DNA from: a virus
Lineage: Duplodnaviria; Caudoviricetes
Reading direction: 5' to 3' (one strand)
Virus record (IMG/VR): IMGVR_UViG_3300038525_000015
Location: 1-64,000 of that record
DNA: 64,000 nucleotides
In this document: piece by piece, positions 7,794-16,820 of the stretch
Position numbering within the stretch: position 1 is the stretch's first letter
How the letters are laid out: every line of letters starts with the position of its first letter
The notes under the pieces: generated by a model
Told to the model about the DNA's origin: nothing
Seen by the model: the letters and a program-made list of their open reading frames with translations, nothing else
Databases searched by the model: none
Position numbers and translations under genes: made by a program

Positions 7794-10246
7794 TACCGCC
7801 TCCCTACGCTGCGCGCCATAGATCCGCCACGGCTGATCTGCTGCTGCACGCTGCGAGCGGTGGCATCAGTGATCATCGGTAGCATTCGGGTTATTTCCGC
7901 CTGGATGGCGTCGTTCATGCCTGGGGTGATTTGCCAGACGTGAGTGATGCTGAGCGGTGCCGCGCTGGACGCATCGCCTGCAGGGATGGCCGGCTGCTGC
8001 TGGCGAGCCCGCACCGGAGCCATGTCGACCACGCCGCCGTCGTAGAACCCTGGCTTGCCGAGACGCATAGCCTCAACCACGCCTACCCCGCCGGCGCGCC
8101 GGATGTCCTCCTGCGACCAGACCACTTCGCCGCGGTGAACGACGCCAGCCGGTTCGTACTTGCCGCCGGGGCCGGTGTAGCCGCCGGTGGCGAAACCAGA
8201 TAACCCCTGATAGGTCTGCGCGCCGATCAGCGCGATCGACGTGTAGCCAGCGGCACGGATCATCTTCGAGTACGGCAGGCCGGCCACCGGCCCCAGGCCC
8301 ACCGGAGGAGGCGCAAGAGCCGATGCCGCCGCCAGCTCGGTATGTATCAGCGCCTGTGCTGCAGCCAGAGCCTGCTGGGAAAGGAATATGGTGGCATAAA
8401 GCATGGTCTGCTCCCGACCTGCATCGCGCATCATGCTGAGCAGGTCGCCCGTCACAGACTGCATCATGCTCAGGGTGGCCACGTTCAGATTCGTCTGAAT
8501 CTGCGAGATGGCCTGAGCATTCTGCTGGTGGATATTCTCGACGCGCCGCGCGTACTCCTCTTCAGTAATGGCCTTGGCTTCAAGGTACTGCTTGTGCTTT
8601 TCCAGCTCGGTTTCCCGCCAGTATTGAAGCTCGCCTGATTCCCGAACGAGTCTGGCCAGCTCACCACCTGCGCCGCCGATAGATGCGTCAAGCCCGCCAG
8701 ATATAGGCGCCCTGCTCACCCCTTCGACCGCCCCCGGCATTTGCTCGGCGTTTACCTGAGCCTCGCGGATCTTCTTGAGCGTTTCCAGCCGCTGCAACGC
8801 CTCCTGGTTCCCCTGGCGCTCGTACTCAGCGATCTTCTCGGCGTATTCCAGCTGCCACTGGGCGTCGTTTGCGGCGCGCAGCTGGCCGGACTCACGCAAC
8901 AGAGCGATCTGGACCTTCTGCTGCTCGGTCAGCTCCTTGCGGGCGTCGAGTTCCTGCGCCAGGCCCATGATGCGGTCGGCCTCTTTGTTGCCGAGGCCTT
9001 GGAGTGCGCCGCTCTGAATTTCGTAGCTGATGCGAGCGGCTTCGGTTACGTCGCCATGCAGCGATTTTTGTCGTTGCAGGGCGGCCAGCTGCTTTTCGTA
9101 AGCCTTCAGCAGTTCGTCGCTCATGCCAACTTCGGCCGGGGCGTCGCCTGCTGGAGTCTGCGCGCCAGGCGCGTTCGCGGCATCCGAGAGGGCTTTGCGC
9201 TTGAGCTGGATCTCCTTGATCTTGTCTTCGAGCGCCTTGATCTCAGCATCCAGCTCGCCGCGATCCCAGAACTTGAGCTTGAAGAATGCGGTGTCGTTGG
9301 GGTCGTTTCGGTCCAGCCTGTTCCGCACGCGCTGGAAATCGCGCACCTGGGACAGCAGAACGCTGATCTCGGAGTTCAGCCCTTCGACGGTCTGCTTGTC
9401 GTTGCGGAAAAAGTCTGCAAACGATCCATTGCGGAAGCCATCCATGGCGCTGGCCATTTCCAGCACCTTCTGAGCGAACTTCGAGCTTGCCCCGGTGGCT
9501 TGGTCGATGGCTCCTACCATTGCGACGAAGGAGTTGCTCAGCACGGTCGCGGCCTGGCTGGCCGTCACCTCAGTGTTACGGGCCATCATGTCGATTTCGG
9601 CGGCCTGGTTCTGCAGGGCGGAAACGATAGCAGCGGACGTGATCTTCCCCTCGGAGCCGAGCTTTCGCAGCTCGCCGACCGACACGCCCATGCCTCGGGC
9701 AATGGCCTGCGCCAGAGCCGGCGTGCCCTCAAGGATCGAGTTCAGCTCGTCGCCACGCAGCGCGCCGGACGCCAGCGCCTGGCCGAACTGCATCATGGCG
9801 CCAGAGGCCGTGCCGGCGTCAGCGCCGCTCAGCGCGATCGTCTGGCTGACCGTCTTGGTCAGCTGCTCAACTTCCGCGAAGGTGAGGCCCAGCGTCGATG
9901 CGTTCTGCGCGATCCGCTGGTACACCGAGGCGGTGGCGCTCAGTGACTGCGTTGTTTCCTGCGCCACCCGCATGACCGAATTCTGCGCATAGGCCAGCTG
10001 GTCGCTGCCCGTGGTGACCTGGCGCAGCTTGTTGGTCAGATTGGTGTATTCCTCGGACGCCCGCGCCACTTCGCGCAGGCTCAGGTAGGTTCCGAGAACG
10101 CTACCCAGCCCCTTGAAGGCTTTGGCGAGACCACCAGCCTGCGCCTCGGTCTTTTTGCCCTCGCTGGACAGTCCGGACAGAGATTTCTCCGCCTTCTTCA
10201 CCTGCGTGCTGTCGACAGAGACAACCAGCTTCGCGTACTCGGTCAT
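7793..10246 (-). CDS. Tail tape measure protein
   Basis: 817 aa helical; LRGDELNSILEGTP tape-measure motif; C-terminal GFATGGYTG...AGVVHRGEVV. Confidence 0.92.
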   Translation of the reverse strand: MTEYAKLVVSVDSTQVKKAEKSLSGLSSEGKKTEAQAGGLAKAFKGLGSVLGTYLSLREVARASEEYTNLTNKLRQVTTGSDQLAYAQNSVMRVAQETTQSLSATASVYQRIAQNASTLGLTFAEVEQLTKTVSQTIALSGADAGTASGAMMQFGQALASGALRGDELNSILEGTPALAQAIARGMGVSVGELRKLGSEGKITSAAIVSALQNQAAEIDMMARNTEVTASQAATVLSNSFVAMVGAIDQATGASSKFAQKVLEMASAMDGFRNGSFADFFRNDKQTVEGLNSEISVLLSQVRDFQRVRNRLDRNDPNDTAFFKLKFWDRGELDAEIKALEDKIKEIQLKRKALSDAANAPGAQTPAGDAPAEVGMSDELLKAYEKQLAALQRQKSLHGDVTEAARISYEIQSGALQGLGNKEADRIMGLAQELDARKELTEQQKVQIALLRESGQLRAANDAQWQLEYAEKIAEYERQGNQEALQRLETLKKIREAQVNAEQMPGAVEGVSRAPISGGLDASIGGAGGELARLVRESGELQYWRETELEKHKQYLEAKAITEEEYARRVENIHQQNAQAISQIQTNLNVATLSMMQSVTGDLLSMMRDAGREQTMLYATIFLSQQALAAAQALIHTELAAASALAPPPVGLGPVAGLPYSKMIRAAGYTSIALIGAQTYQGLSGFATGGYTGPGGKYEPAGVVHRGEVVWSQEDIRRAGGVGVVEAMRLGKPGFYDGGVVDMAPVRARQQQPAIPAGDASSAAPLSITHVWQITPGMNDAIQAEITRMLPMITDATARSVQQQISRGGSMARSVGRR

Positions 10247-10596
10247 AAAACGGCTCCGAAGTGCAGTGAGTTGGTTTCAGCAACGCGCTCGATCTGGCGG
10301 CGCAGACGCGGGCTACGGATCAATAGGCTGGCCTTGGCGGTAGCGCTGGCCATTGGCAGAGACCAATCAGCGATCAGGGATGCAGCGAGGCGCGCCCGGA
10401 TGATTCGACGCAGGGCCTTGCCGGTGATGTTCGGCGGCGGGACAAGGCTACGAAGAAGGCTCTCGCGCTCTGCCTCGAACTCCTCAGCCATTACTGACCG
10501 GATGCGCACCCACTCCCGATTACCAGCCGGATCAACCAGCTCGACGCGCACGCCGCGACTCGCCCGCGTGCGGACGTAGAAATCCTGGGGTTTCAT
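10243..10596 (-). CDS. Second tail assembly chaperone-like protein (paralog of 13186-13578)
   Basis: Aligns by eye along its length with 13186-13578; overlaps the tape measure start (ATGA). Confidence 0.6.
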   Translation of the reverse strand: MKPQDFYVRTRASRGVRVELVDPAGNREWVRIRSVMAEEFEAERESLLRSLVPPPNITGKALRRIIRARLAASLIADWSLPMASATAKASLLIRSPRLRRQIERVAETNSLHFGAVL

Positions 10597-10614
10597 GCTT
10601 TTCTCCGGGCAATA

Positions 10615-10637
10615 AAAAACCCCGCCGAAGCGGGGTC
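10615..10637 (-). terminator. Intrinsic terminator after the moron cluster
   Basis: ACCCCGC-TTCG-GCGGGGT followed by a T-run on the minus strand. Confidence 0.7.
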
Positions 10638-10655
10638 TCGATGAATCGTTGTGAC

Positions 10656-11060
10656 TTACAGGTTCTGTCGGCAGTACGGCGCGGCCATGGCCAGGTTGGC
10701 GTCACGCCGGAAGCGGATTGGCTCGGCGCCCATGTACGGCGCCAGCGCCGCGAGCGTATCACCCTGTAGCGTGACCGAAAGCCGGGTGCCGTCCTGGATG
10801 TAGATGGTGCCGCCGCTGTACTTGATCGCCTGCAGGTAGTTGCTGGCCCCGTACGAGTTGCACAGCACCCCGCTGCCGGATTCCTGCAGCCTCATGGTCA
10901 TAAGGTAGGGGCCTGCTGTGCCGGTCCAGCCGCCAGCCATGCCGGCAGGCACCTGCTCTGGATCGTGATCCATGAACCGGTTGTTGGCCATGTCGTTGAG
11001 CTGCTGAGCCGCACAGCCGGCCAGAAGTAGCGCCGCCAGCAAAATGGAAATGATGCGCAT
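10656..11060 (-). CDS. Moron lipoprotein
   Basis: MRIISILLAALLLAGC lipobox; AAGGAGG RBS. Confidence 0.75.
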   Translation of the reverse strand: MRIISILLAALLLAGCAAQQLNDMANNRFMDHDPEQVPAGMAGGWTGTAGPYLMTMRLQESGSGVLCNSYGASNYLQAIKYSGGTIYIQDGTRLSVTLQGDTLAALAPYMGAEPIRFRRDANLAMAAPYCRQNL

Positions 11061-11078
11061 GGTGTCCTCCTTGGGCAA

Positions 11079-11660
11079 TTAGCGAGCGAGGCACGCCTCG
11101 ATATTTGAGGTCACCTGTTCCAGCGACGCCAATGCCAAGTCAGGATTCGCACCGGACCAGGCTCCGACTCCGCCGTATCCGTAGTTGGCTGCGGAACCTG
11201 TATTCAACTGGGCCTGACTGAGGTCTGCAAAGCGATAAACTCGTTCATCTGCCTTTTGCTGCGCAGAGAGCTTGTAGCGCACCGACCTCGACACAAACCC
11301 TGAGCTGTACTGGGTTGATCCATTTGCGACAACAGACTTCCCGTCCGCGCTAACGTACTGGAGGACGTCACCGCCGCCTACGTGAGCGGAATTGGAGGCG
11401 CTGTAATACCGGCCTGTTGCAGCGCCAACGAAGCTGCCAGCGCTATCGCGGAGTGTCACCCCTTGATTGCTCACCGTCTCGGCTATGCACTGCACAAGAT
11501 CGCCGCTACTACCTGGGCGCTTGAATACCACGGCGGAAACCAGCTCTGCGGAGTAGTCCGAGACGTACTCTGCCTGGTATTTGCTCAGCTCCGGCATCCT
11601 GCTATAGGCGCAGCCGGAAAGAACTGCAACGGCCACCACGGCTAAAATGATGTTGCGCAT
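11079..11660 (-). CDS. Moron lipoprotein
   Basis: MRNIILAVVAVAVLSGC lipobox; lower-GC codon usage. Confidence 0.75.
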   Translation of the reverse strand: MRNIILAVVAVAVLSGCAYSRMPELSKYQAEYVSDYSAELVSAVVFKRPGSSGDLVQCIAETVSNQGVTLRDSAGSFVGAATGRYYSASNSAHVGGGDVLQYVSADGKSVVANGSTQYSSGFVSRSVRYKLSAQQKADERVYRFADLSQAQLNTGSAANYGYGGVGAWSGANPDLALASLEQVTSNIEACLAR

Positions 11661-11735
11661 CCCTACCCCTCCCTTAGAAAAGGCAGAGGCTATCAAAATG
11701 CCATCGGTAAAGCCCAGCTCTAGGCTGGGCTCTGG

Positions 11736-11933
11736 TCAGAACTTCTCTTTGATGCCGGCCTGGCGAAATATCCCATTCGCAGTGTTGCGAGAGACGATGG
11801 TCACCGGCACGGGGAATCTGGCGTTATTGATGGGGCTTGCCCAGATTTCGTGGCTTCCCTTGCCCTGCCTGACGAAGAAGCATCCATGGGCAATCAGTAG
11901 CTTTCGCACCTGAGGGTAAAGCGATTCACCCAT
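11736..11933 (-). CDS. hicA: HicA-family mRNA interferase toxin
   Basis: 65 aa basic protein with RQGKGSHEIW and IFRQAG, the HicA dsRBD-fold signature. Confidence 0.85.
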   Translation of the reverse strand: MGESLYPQVRKLLIAHGCFFVRQGKGSHEIWASPINNARFPVPVTIVSRNTANGIFRQAGIKEKF

Positions 11934-11937
11934 GCTG

Positions 11938-12594
11938 CTACATCACGTGCCTTGCGCAGTCTGCGCCCTGGGAAACCTCAAACCGAAGGCGGATATCGCC
12001 CGGCTCATACGGAAGATCGTTGCACTCGATCATGTCGGGCACCAGCTCCCATACCCGCTCGGTTAGCTCCTCAAAGGTCGCTGCCTCCGTAACAAGGTGC
12101 AGCTCATCGCACTCGGCGGTGTACATGCCATCACATTGCGTAACGATGACAGGGAAAGCTGGATTGATCCGATCCAGTCTGTTTTTCACGGACTCGATCA
12201 TGTCGAAAGCGGTTCTCCCGAAGAATTTATCCGCCTGTAGAACTGCGACTGCATACCACGTCGACAAGGCATTGACTCGAAAGCTGGACTCTCGGAGCGC
12301 TTCGCTGTCCACGTCAGTCAGGTCGCTCAGGGAGCTGAGCAGGTTGCCGGCCGCATGGAAATGCAAAGCCGGGCCGATCTCGCTATTGCCGAGGATCGCG
12401 CCGCCACTGTCCTGGCCATCGCCCAGCAGCGTCAGTCCGCTATCAAGGAAGCTCTCTCCGAGCCGGCGAATTTCAGGCGTGAAGCACTCCATGAGGACGG
12501 CATACAAGTCTTTCTTCGAGACGAATAGGTCGCCGCCATGCAGCGTAAAGCGCACGGGCTCGGGGCCAAAGGATGCGGTAAAGATTCTGCTCAT
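11938..12594 (-). CDS. HicB-like (DUF1902-type) antitoxin with a Bro-N-like N-terminal extension
   Basis: C-terminal VIVTQCDGMYTAECDELHLVTEAATFEELTERV; N-terminal VRFTLHGGDLFVSKKDL; ends 4 nt before hicA. Confidence 0.6.
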   Translation of the reverse strand: MSRIFTASFGPEPVRFTLHGGDLFVSKKDLYAVLMECFTPEIRRLGESFLDSGLTLLGDGQDSGGAILGNSEIGPALHFHAAGNLLSSLSDLTDVDSEALRESSFRVNALSTWYAVAVLQADKFFGRTAFDMIESVKNRLDRINPAFPVIVTQCDGMYTAECDELHLVTEAATFEELTERVWELVPDMIECNDLPYEPGDIRLRFEVSQGADCARHVM

Positions 12595-12637
12595 GGCGCG
12601 AGTATATGGCAGGCGTCGCTGACGAGCATAGGCCCAG

Positions 12638-12835
12638 CTAATGCGCCTTGTCGCCCCAAACCAGCTCGCCAGGGCCGACGATGCCATTTCCCTCGGCAGG
12701 CGCCTCCAGCATTGTGACGGCCTCGTCGTAAGCCTGGCGCTCCTCGTCGGTCCACTGGTGATCGTGCGTAGCGAGCGCCACCCCGAGCAGGTCGAGGCAG
12801 TTGAGGAGCTTGGATTTTTCAGTGTCGCTGATCAT
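12638..12835 (-). CDS. Hypothetical protein
   Basis: GGAG RBS, 65 aa. Confidence 0.5.
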   Translation of the reverse strand: MISDTEKSKLLNCLDLLGVALATHDHQWTDEERQAYDEAVTMLEAPAEGNGIVGPGELVWGDKAH

Positions 12836-12865
12836 GTGCGTCTCCATCATGGTTACCAGGCAGCC

Positions 12866-13225
12866 CTATCCCGCCGCCACCCTCTCCTCAACCCTCGCCA
12901 GCCGCCGCAGCAGATCCACCTCCCAGCTCAACAGGCGGCGCCCGTGCAACTGCGCCCAGGCCTGCAGCTCGGCCAGCGAGTCGATGGGCCTGGCCGAGCA
13001 GTACCATTCCCATACGTACAGCAGCTCAACCGGGCATTCCGGCCCGTTGAGAGCTGCTGGGCGCCGGCCAGTCTTACGCTCGATGGCTTCCAAGGCCTGC
13101 CGCCTGGTTGGGCGCCGGTCAGGCCCCTTCTTCGGCGGCTTGCCCTCTGGTTTCAGCAGGCCGAGTTGGTGCTCGGCGAAGGCGATCAGCTGGTCTGCGC
13201 GCCGGCCGAGCGCTTCCCGAAAAAA
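12866..13225 (-). CDS. Tail assembly chaperone, frameshifted extension (gpGT-like)
   Basis: The -1 frame is open from the T TTT TTC slippery site (13225-13219): ...RRADQLIAFAEHQLGL...CPVELLYVWEWY. Confidence 0.65.
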   Translation of the reverse strand, partial: FFREALGRRADQLIAFAEHQLGLLKPEGKPPKKGPDRRPTRRQALEAIERKTGRRPAALNGPECPVELLYVWEWYCSARPIDSLAELQAWAQLHGRRLLSWEVDLLRRLARVEERVAAG

Positions 13226-13578
13226 CGCTGGCGGTCCTCCGTGAAACGCTGCACCTGGTCGGCGATGTAGGGCGCCTCGCGCAGCAGTTCGGCGAGAGCG
13301 GTGTCGGTGAACGGCTCGTCGAACGACCAGCCGGCGACCATGGCCGAGGTGAGCCGGATGCGCGCCTGGCTCTCGCCGTCAGCGCGCTCGGCCTTGTCCT
13401 CGACGCCGGACAGGCGCAATAGATCGCGGCGGAACTCGTCCACGGCGGCGCGCACTGCATCGGAGTCGGCGCCGCGGATCACCAGGTAGCTCTCGCTCGG
13501 CGTGCCATCCGGCAGGGCCAGCGGCATGCGCTCGCCTTGGTTGGCACGCTCGCGGGTGTAGAAATCGCTCAGTTTCAT
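13186..13578 (-). CDS. Tail assembly chaperone (gpG-like)
   Basis: Follows the tail tube gene; ends with the QRFFGK slippery site. Confidence 0.75.
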   Translation of the reverse strand: MKLSDFYTRERANQGERMPLALPDGTPSESYLVIRGADSDAVRAAVDEFRRDLLRLSGVEDKAERADGESQARIRLTSAMVAGWSFDEPFTDTALAELLREAPYIADQVQRFTEDRQRFFGKRSAGAQTS

Positions 13579-13587
13579 GGCCTGTCC

Positions 13588-14751
13588 TTACGCCGCGATG
13601 CGGGTGATGGTGATTTCGGAGCCGACGGCCTGGTCGTTGAAGGCGCGGAAGTCGTAGTTCTGGGTCAGCGCATCGTCGCCGCTGCCCTCCTCGCTGGCCG
13701 TGGTCAGCTTCGCCCGGGACATGTCGAGGCGGTAGGCGTTCTCGCCATCGGTGAGGACGATGCCCAGCGCGGTCTTGGTCTCGCCCAGGTACTTGTCCTT
13801 GAGGCGGTTGTCCTCGATGTACGCCGACAGGCTGCCACTGACGTTGATGCGGCCCAGCTTGATGTCGTAGGCGTCGCGGCTGAATAGGCGGTAGATCGCC
13901 TCCATGCCGTTCTCCAGCGACAGGTTGAGGGCCGTGGCGTGGTTCAGGCCGGTGCCGCCCTCGAACAGATCACCCTCGAAGGTCGACATCATGACGGTGG
14001 TGGTCGGCTGGCCCAGGGTCTCGGTCAGAGGGTCGAAGGCGTAGGCCTCCTCCTTGGTGCCGATGACGCTGAACGTGATGCCGATCTTGCCCTGCAGCGG
14101 GCAGTCCAGGGCCACGGTGTTCACCTCGCAGCCGCGGTAGATCAGCCAGCGGCCGATATCCTCATTGTGTTTGAGGATCGCGAACTTGCGGCGGGTGCTG
14201 CCGGTCTTGAGCACCGCATCGGTCTCGATGGTCACGGCCTCGCCGGCCAGCTCGTCGACCAGGGTCACGGCATCGCCATTTTCGGCGGTAACCGTGATGG
14301 TGCCTGCGACCACAGTGGCTACCTTGAATCGGCCGTTGTTTGCGGCGGTGGAGAAGCCAGTGACCGTGATCACGTCGCCAACCACGAAGCCGGCGTCAAC
14401 GAAGCCGTTGCCAGAGTCGCTGAAGCTACTATCGAGAGCTGCGGCGGACAGAGTGACATCGGCCAGCGTCTTGCTGGTCCAGGTGCCGTGGAAGGCGGCC
14501 TCGATCAGCGCGTCGAAGGTGCCGAACGTCAGCTCGCCCTCCAGATCGCCGGACACGCTGGACGTGCCAGAGCGCGACTCGGCCTGGTGGCGGCCGGGCA
14601 GCAGCTCGTCCGACTCCAGCTCCTCGACGGACTGGGTCAGGCTGTTGCTGATCAGGCGCAGCGGTGCCCACGGCGTCGCCGGGTTCAGAGCGCCGCCGGC
14701 GCCTTCCGGCTTGATGTACAGGGTTTCGTTTACGCCTTGTGCGTAGGACAT
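13588..14751 (-). CDS. Major tail tube protein
   Basis: SVSGDLEGELTFGTFDAL and GRINVSGSLSAY motifs; ATG 14751. Confidence 0.85.
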   Translation of the reverse strand: MSYAQGVNETLYIKPEGAGGALNPATPWAPLRLISNSLTQSVEELESDELLPGRHQAESRSGTSSVSGDLEGELTFGTFDALIEAAFHGTWTSKTLADVTLSAAALDSSFSDSGNGFVDAGFVVGDVITVTGFSTAANNGRFKVATVVAGTITVTAENGDAVTLVDELAGEAVTIETDAVLKTGSTRRKFAILKHNEDIGRWLIYRGCEVNTVALDCPLQGKIGITFSVIGTKEEAYAFDPLTETLGQPTTTVMMSTFEGDLFEGGTGLNHATALNLSLENGMEAIYRLFSRDAYDIKLGRINVSGSLSAYIEDNRLKDKYLGETKTALGIVLTDGENAYRLDMSRAKLTTASEEGSGDDALTQNYDFRAFNDQAVGSEITITRIAA

Positions 14752-14809
14752 TTCGGTTCTCCAGAAACGAAAAAACCCGCACAAAGCGGGTGGATTGGGT
14801 GGTGATGGA

Positions 14810-15226
14810 TCAGGCCGGGAAGATCCAGGCCGTGCAGTACACGTCGACGCTGACGACCTGCCAGATGTCGTCCCGGCGGATCTGCGAGCGCTGCGCCCGG
14901 CGGATCAGCACGCGCTGGCCTTGGAACTCCAGGCGCCTCCCGGGCCGGAAATAGGCCAGTGCCTTGTCGGCGTCGCCCAGGATCGGCCCGGTGCCGGAGT
15001 TCAGCGGGTGGCAAATGTCGATTTGCAGGATGCCGGTCCACTCCTGCGGCGCGCTGCTGCCCATGGCCGCCGGCGAGCGGTCGCTTGGCAGGGCTATGAT
15101 GCGCACCCAGCTCTGGCCGGTAACCGGCTCAAACTTCGCTCCCTCGAAGGCGATGCGCGCCTGCGGCATGACGCCAGAGGCCAGCACCGCGCTAACCAGG
15201 GCGGCGTTGATCTTGGTTTCGGACAT
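14810..15226 (-). CDS. Tail terminator protein
   Basis: Position before the tube gene; GILQIDICHP motif. Confidence 0.7.
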   Translation of the reverse strand: MSETKINAALVSAVLASGVMPQARIAFEGAKFEPVTGQSWVRIIALPSDRSPAAMGSSAPQEWTGILQIDICHPLNSGTGPILGDADKALAYFRPGRRLEFQGQRVLIRRAQRSQIRRDDIWQVVSVDVYCTAWIFPA

Positions 15227-15232
15227 AAATGG

Positions 15233-15820
15233 CTAGACTCCAGGGCCAGACTCATCCGTCCGCGCAGCCCTGATTAGGTCGTCAATACACTTAACAACTT
15301 CTTCAGAGGGGGAAAACCACTCGCCATACTTGCAGTGTGCGGCCAGCTTTCTGTGAATCTGTTTCTCGAAAAGATACGACCCGTCGATGTGGCCTAACAG
15401 CTCAAGGCTTTCAGCCGTGCCGGCGCTTAGCTGAGCTAGTCTTTGCTTGACGTTCATGCTTGAGCCTATCTTGATTAGGCCGTCTGAGCGCCTTGCAAAA
15501 TAGACCCGCCTTTTCCTCACATTGCCATCTCGTTCAACGACAATCTCTTGCTCGCTGGCCCCTGAAAGAGCAAGCATTGCGCGGCACATCCGTATAACTC
15601 TAGGGTCATGACCAGAAGCCAATATCGTCGTCTGCAACTTGTAGGCGTATTCGGTCATGGCAATGGCTTCAAAGTTTCCTCGTATACGGTACTGCCCCGC
15701 CATTTCCATTAAATCGGCCATCTCTCCGATAAGGTGCTCAAACGCATCGTTTGCCCGCAAAGACTCCTCAAGCCCAAGGACGAGATCATTAACCTCGGCA
15801 TGGCTAAACATATTTCCCAT
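15233..15820 (-). CDS. GIY-YIG superfamily (T5orf172/MUG113-like) protein, moron
   Basis: VYFARRSDGLIKIGSS...RLAQL...EKQIHRKL...GEWF; AT-richer than its neighbours. Confidence 0.75.
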   Translation of the reverse strand: MGNMFSHAEVNDLVLGLEESLRANDAFEHLIGEMADLMEMAGQYRIRGNFEAIAMTEYAYKLQTTILASGHDPRVIRMCRAMLALSGASEQEIVVERDGNVRKRRVYFARRSDGLIKIGSSMNVKQRLAQLSAGTAESLELLGHIDGSYLFEKQIHRKLAAHCKYGEWFSPSEEVVKCIDDLIRAARTDESGPGV

Positions 15821-15985
15821 CTTGCTTTCCTCATTAGAAAGAGTCCCGCCGCCCAGAAACATCAGCCCCACAGAGCGATAGCCAATGCTCTACGGGACTC
15901 TTTCTGATGAGGGCTCTGTGGTTTCGCGCCGGGCGTGGCGCACAAAAACCCCGCTCGGCGGCGGGGTTCTGGAATCCGTGGTCGG

Positions 15986-16432
15986 TCAGACCTTGTTCTT
16001 GCGGATCAGGCGGTCGACCATTTTCTGGACGCGAGCTACGTTCTTGCGAACCATCGCCCCGGGCTCGGCCTGGGATGAGTGCCCGTACTCGAGCTTTTCG
16101 ATGTATGGCAGGTTGTTCGTCAGCAGCACTACCTGACCAGCACCGGGAGGGGTCTTTGCCTCGGCATCAGCCATGGTCGCGTCGCCAATCTCGTCTACCC
16201 GGTCAACCTCCCCGCTTGCCGGCGAGCCGATGGTCACCTGCCAATTCCCCCGGGCCCGGCCGCCCACGTAGCCAGGTGGCGCCGCTTCTGAATTCTTCCA
16301 ATTATCTGGATTGCCGACAGGGGTTGCCTTGATCACCCCGCTGAACAGCTCCAGCGTGGCGGCCCGCGTGATCTTGTCGTGGGCAGCGGTCGCCTTGCTG
16401 GTGAAGCTGCGGATGTCCTTGCTGAAGCTCAT
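15986..16432 (-). CDS. Neck / tail completion protein (HK97 gp10-like)
   Basis: TPVG...GRARGNWQV, TNNLPYIEKLEYGHSSQA motifs. Confidence 0.8.
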   Translation of the reverse strand: MSFSKDIRSFTSKATAAHDKITRAATLELFSGVIKATPVGNPDNWKNSEAAPPGYVGGRARGNWQVTIGSPASGEVDRVDEIGDATMADAEAKTPPGAGQVVLLTNNLPYIEKLEYGHSSQAEPGAMVRKNVARVQKMVDRLIRKNKV

Positions 16433-16818
16433 CGCATCACCGAAGCCGAGTAGACCAAGGGAATCCCGGCCGGGTTGGATTCTGTCACGCCGATCATGCT
16501 CCAGTCGTGACCGTACAGCGTCACCTTGCACCCCGGGCTCGGCACCCAAGTGCAGGACTTGGCGGCGATCTTGAGCGCTCGAAGGTTGGACTCAACCAGG
16601 GTGCCGCTAACGAGTTTCTGGTCGAAGGCTTCGACGGTGCCCTTGCTGGCCGGCAGGACGAGGGCGAGCACGGTCTGGGTCTCGGTGATCGAGCCGCCAC
16701 CGATGCCGGTCACCGGGTCATATTCGCCAGCCGTTGTGCGGCTGATGACGATCTCCTGCCCGAACTCCTCGATGAGCTCCAGGGCTACGTCTGCCATTTC
16801 GTCGTAGAAGGCGTTCAT
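16429..16818 (-). CDS. Head closure / adaptor protein
   Basis: GEYDPVTG motif; head-tail joining cluster. Confidence 0.65.
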   Translation of the reverse strand: MNAFYDEMADVALELIEEFGQEIVISRTTAGEYDPVTGIGGGSITETQTVLALVLPASKGTVEAFDQKLVSGTLVESNLRALKIAAKSCTWVPSPGCKVTLYGHDWSMIGVTESNPAGIPLVYSASVMR

Positions 16819-16820
16819 CC

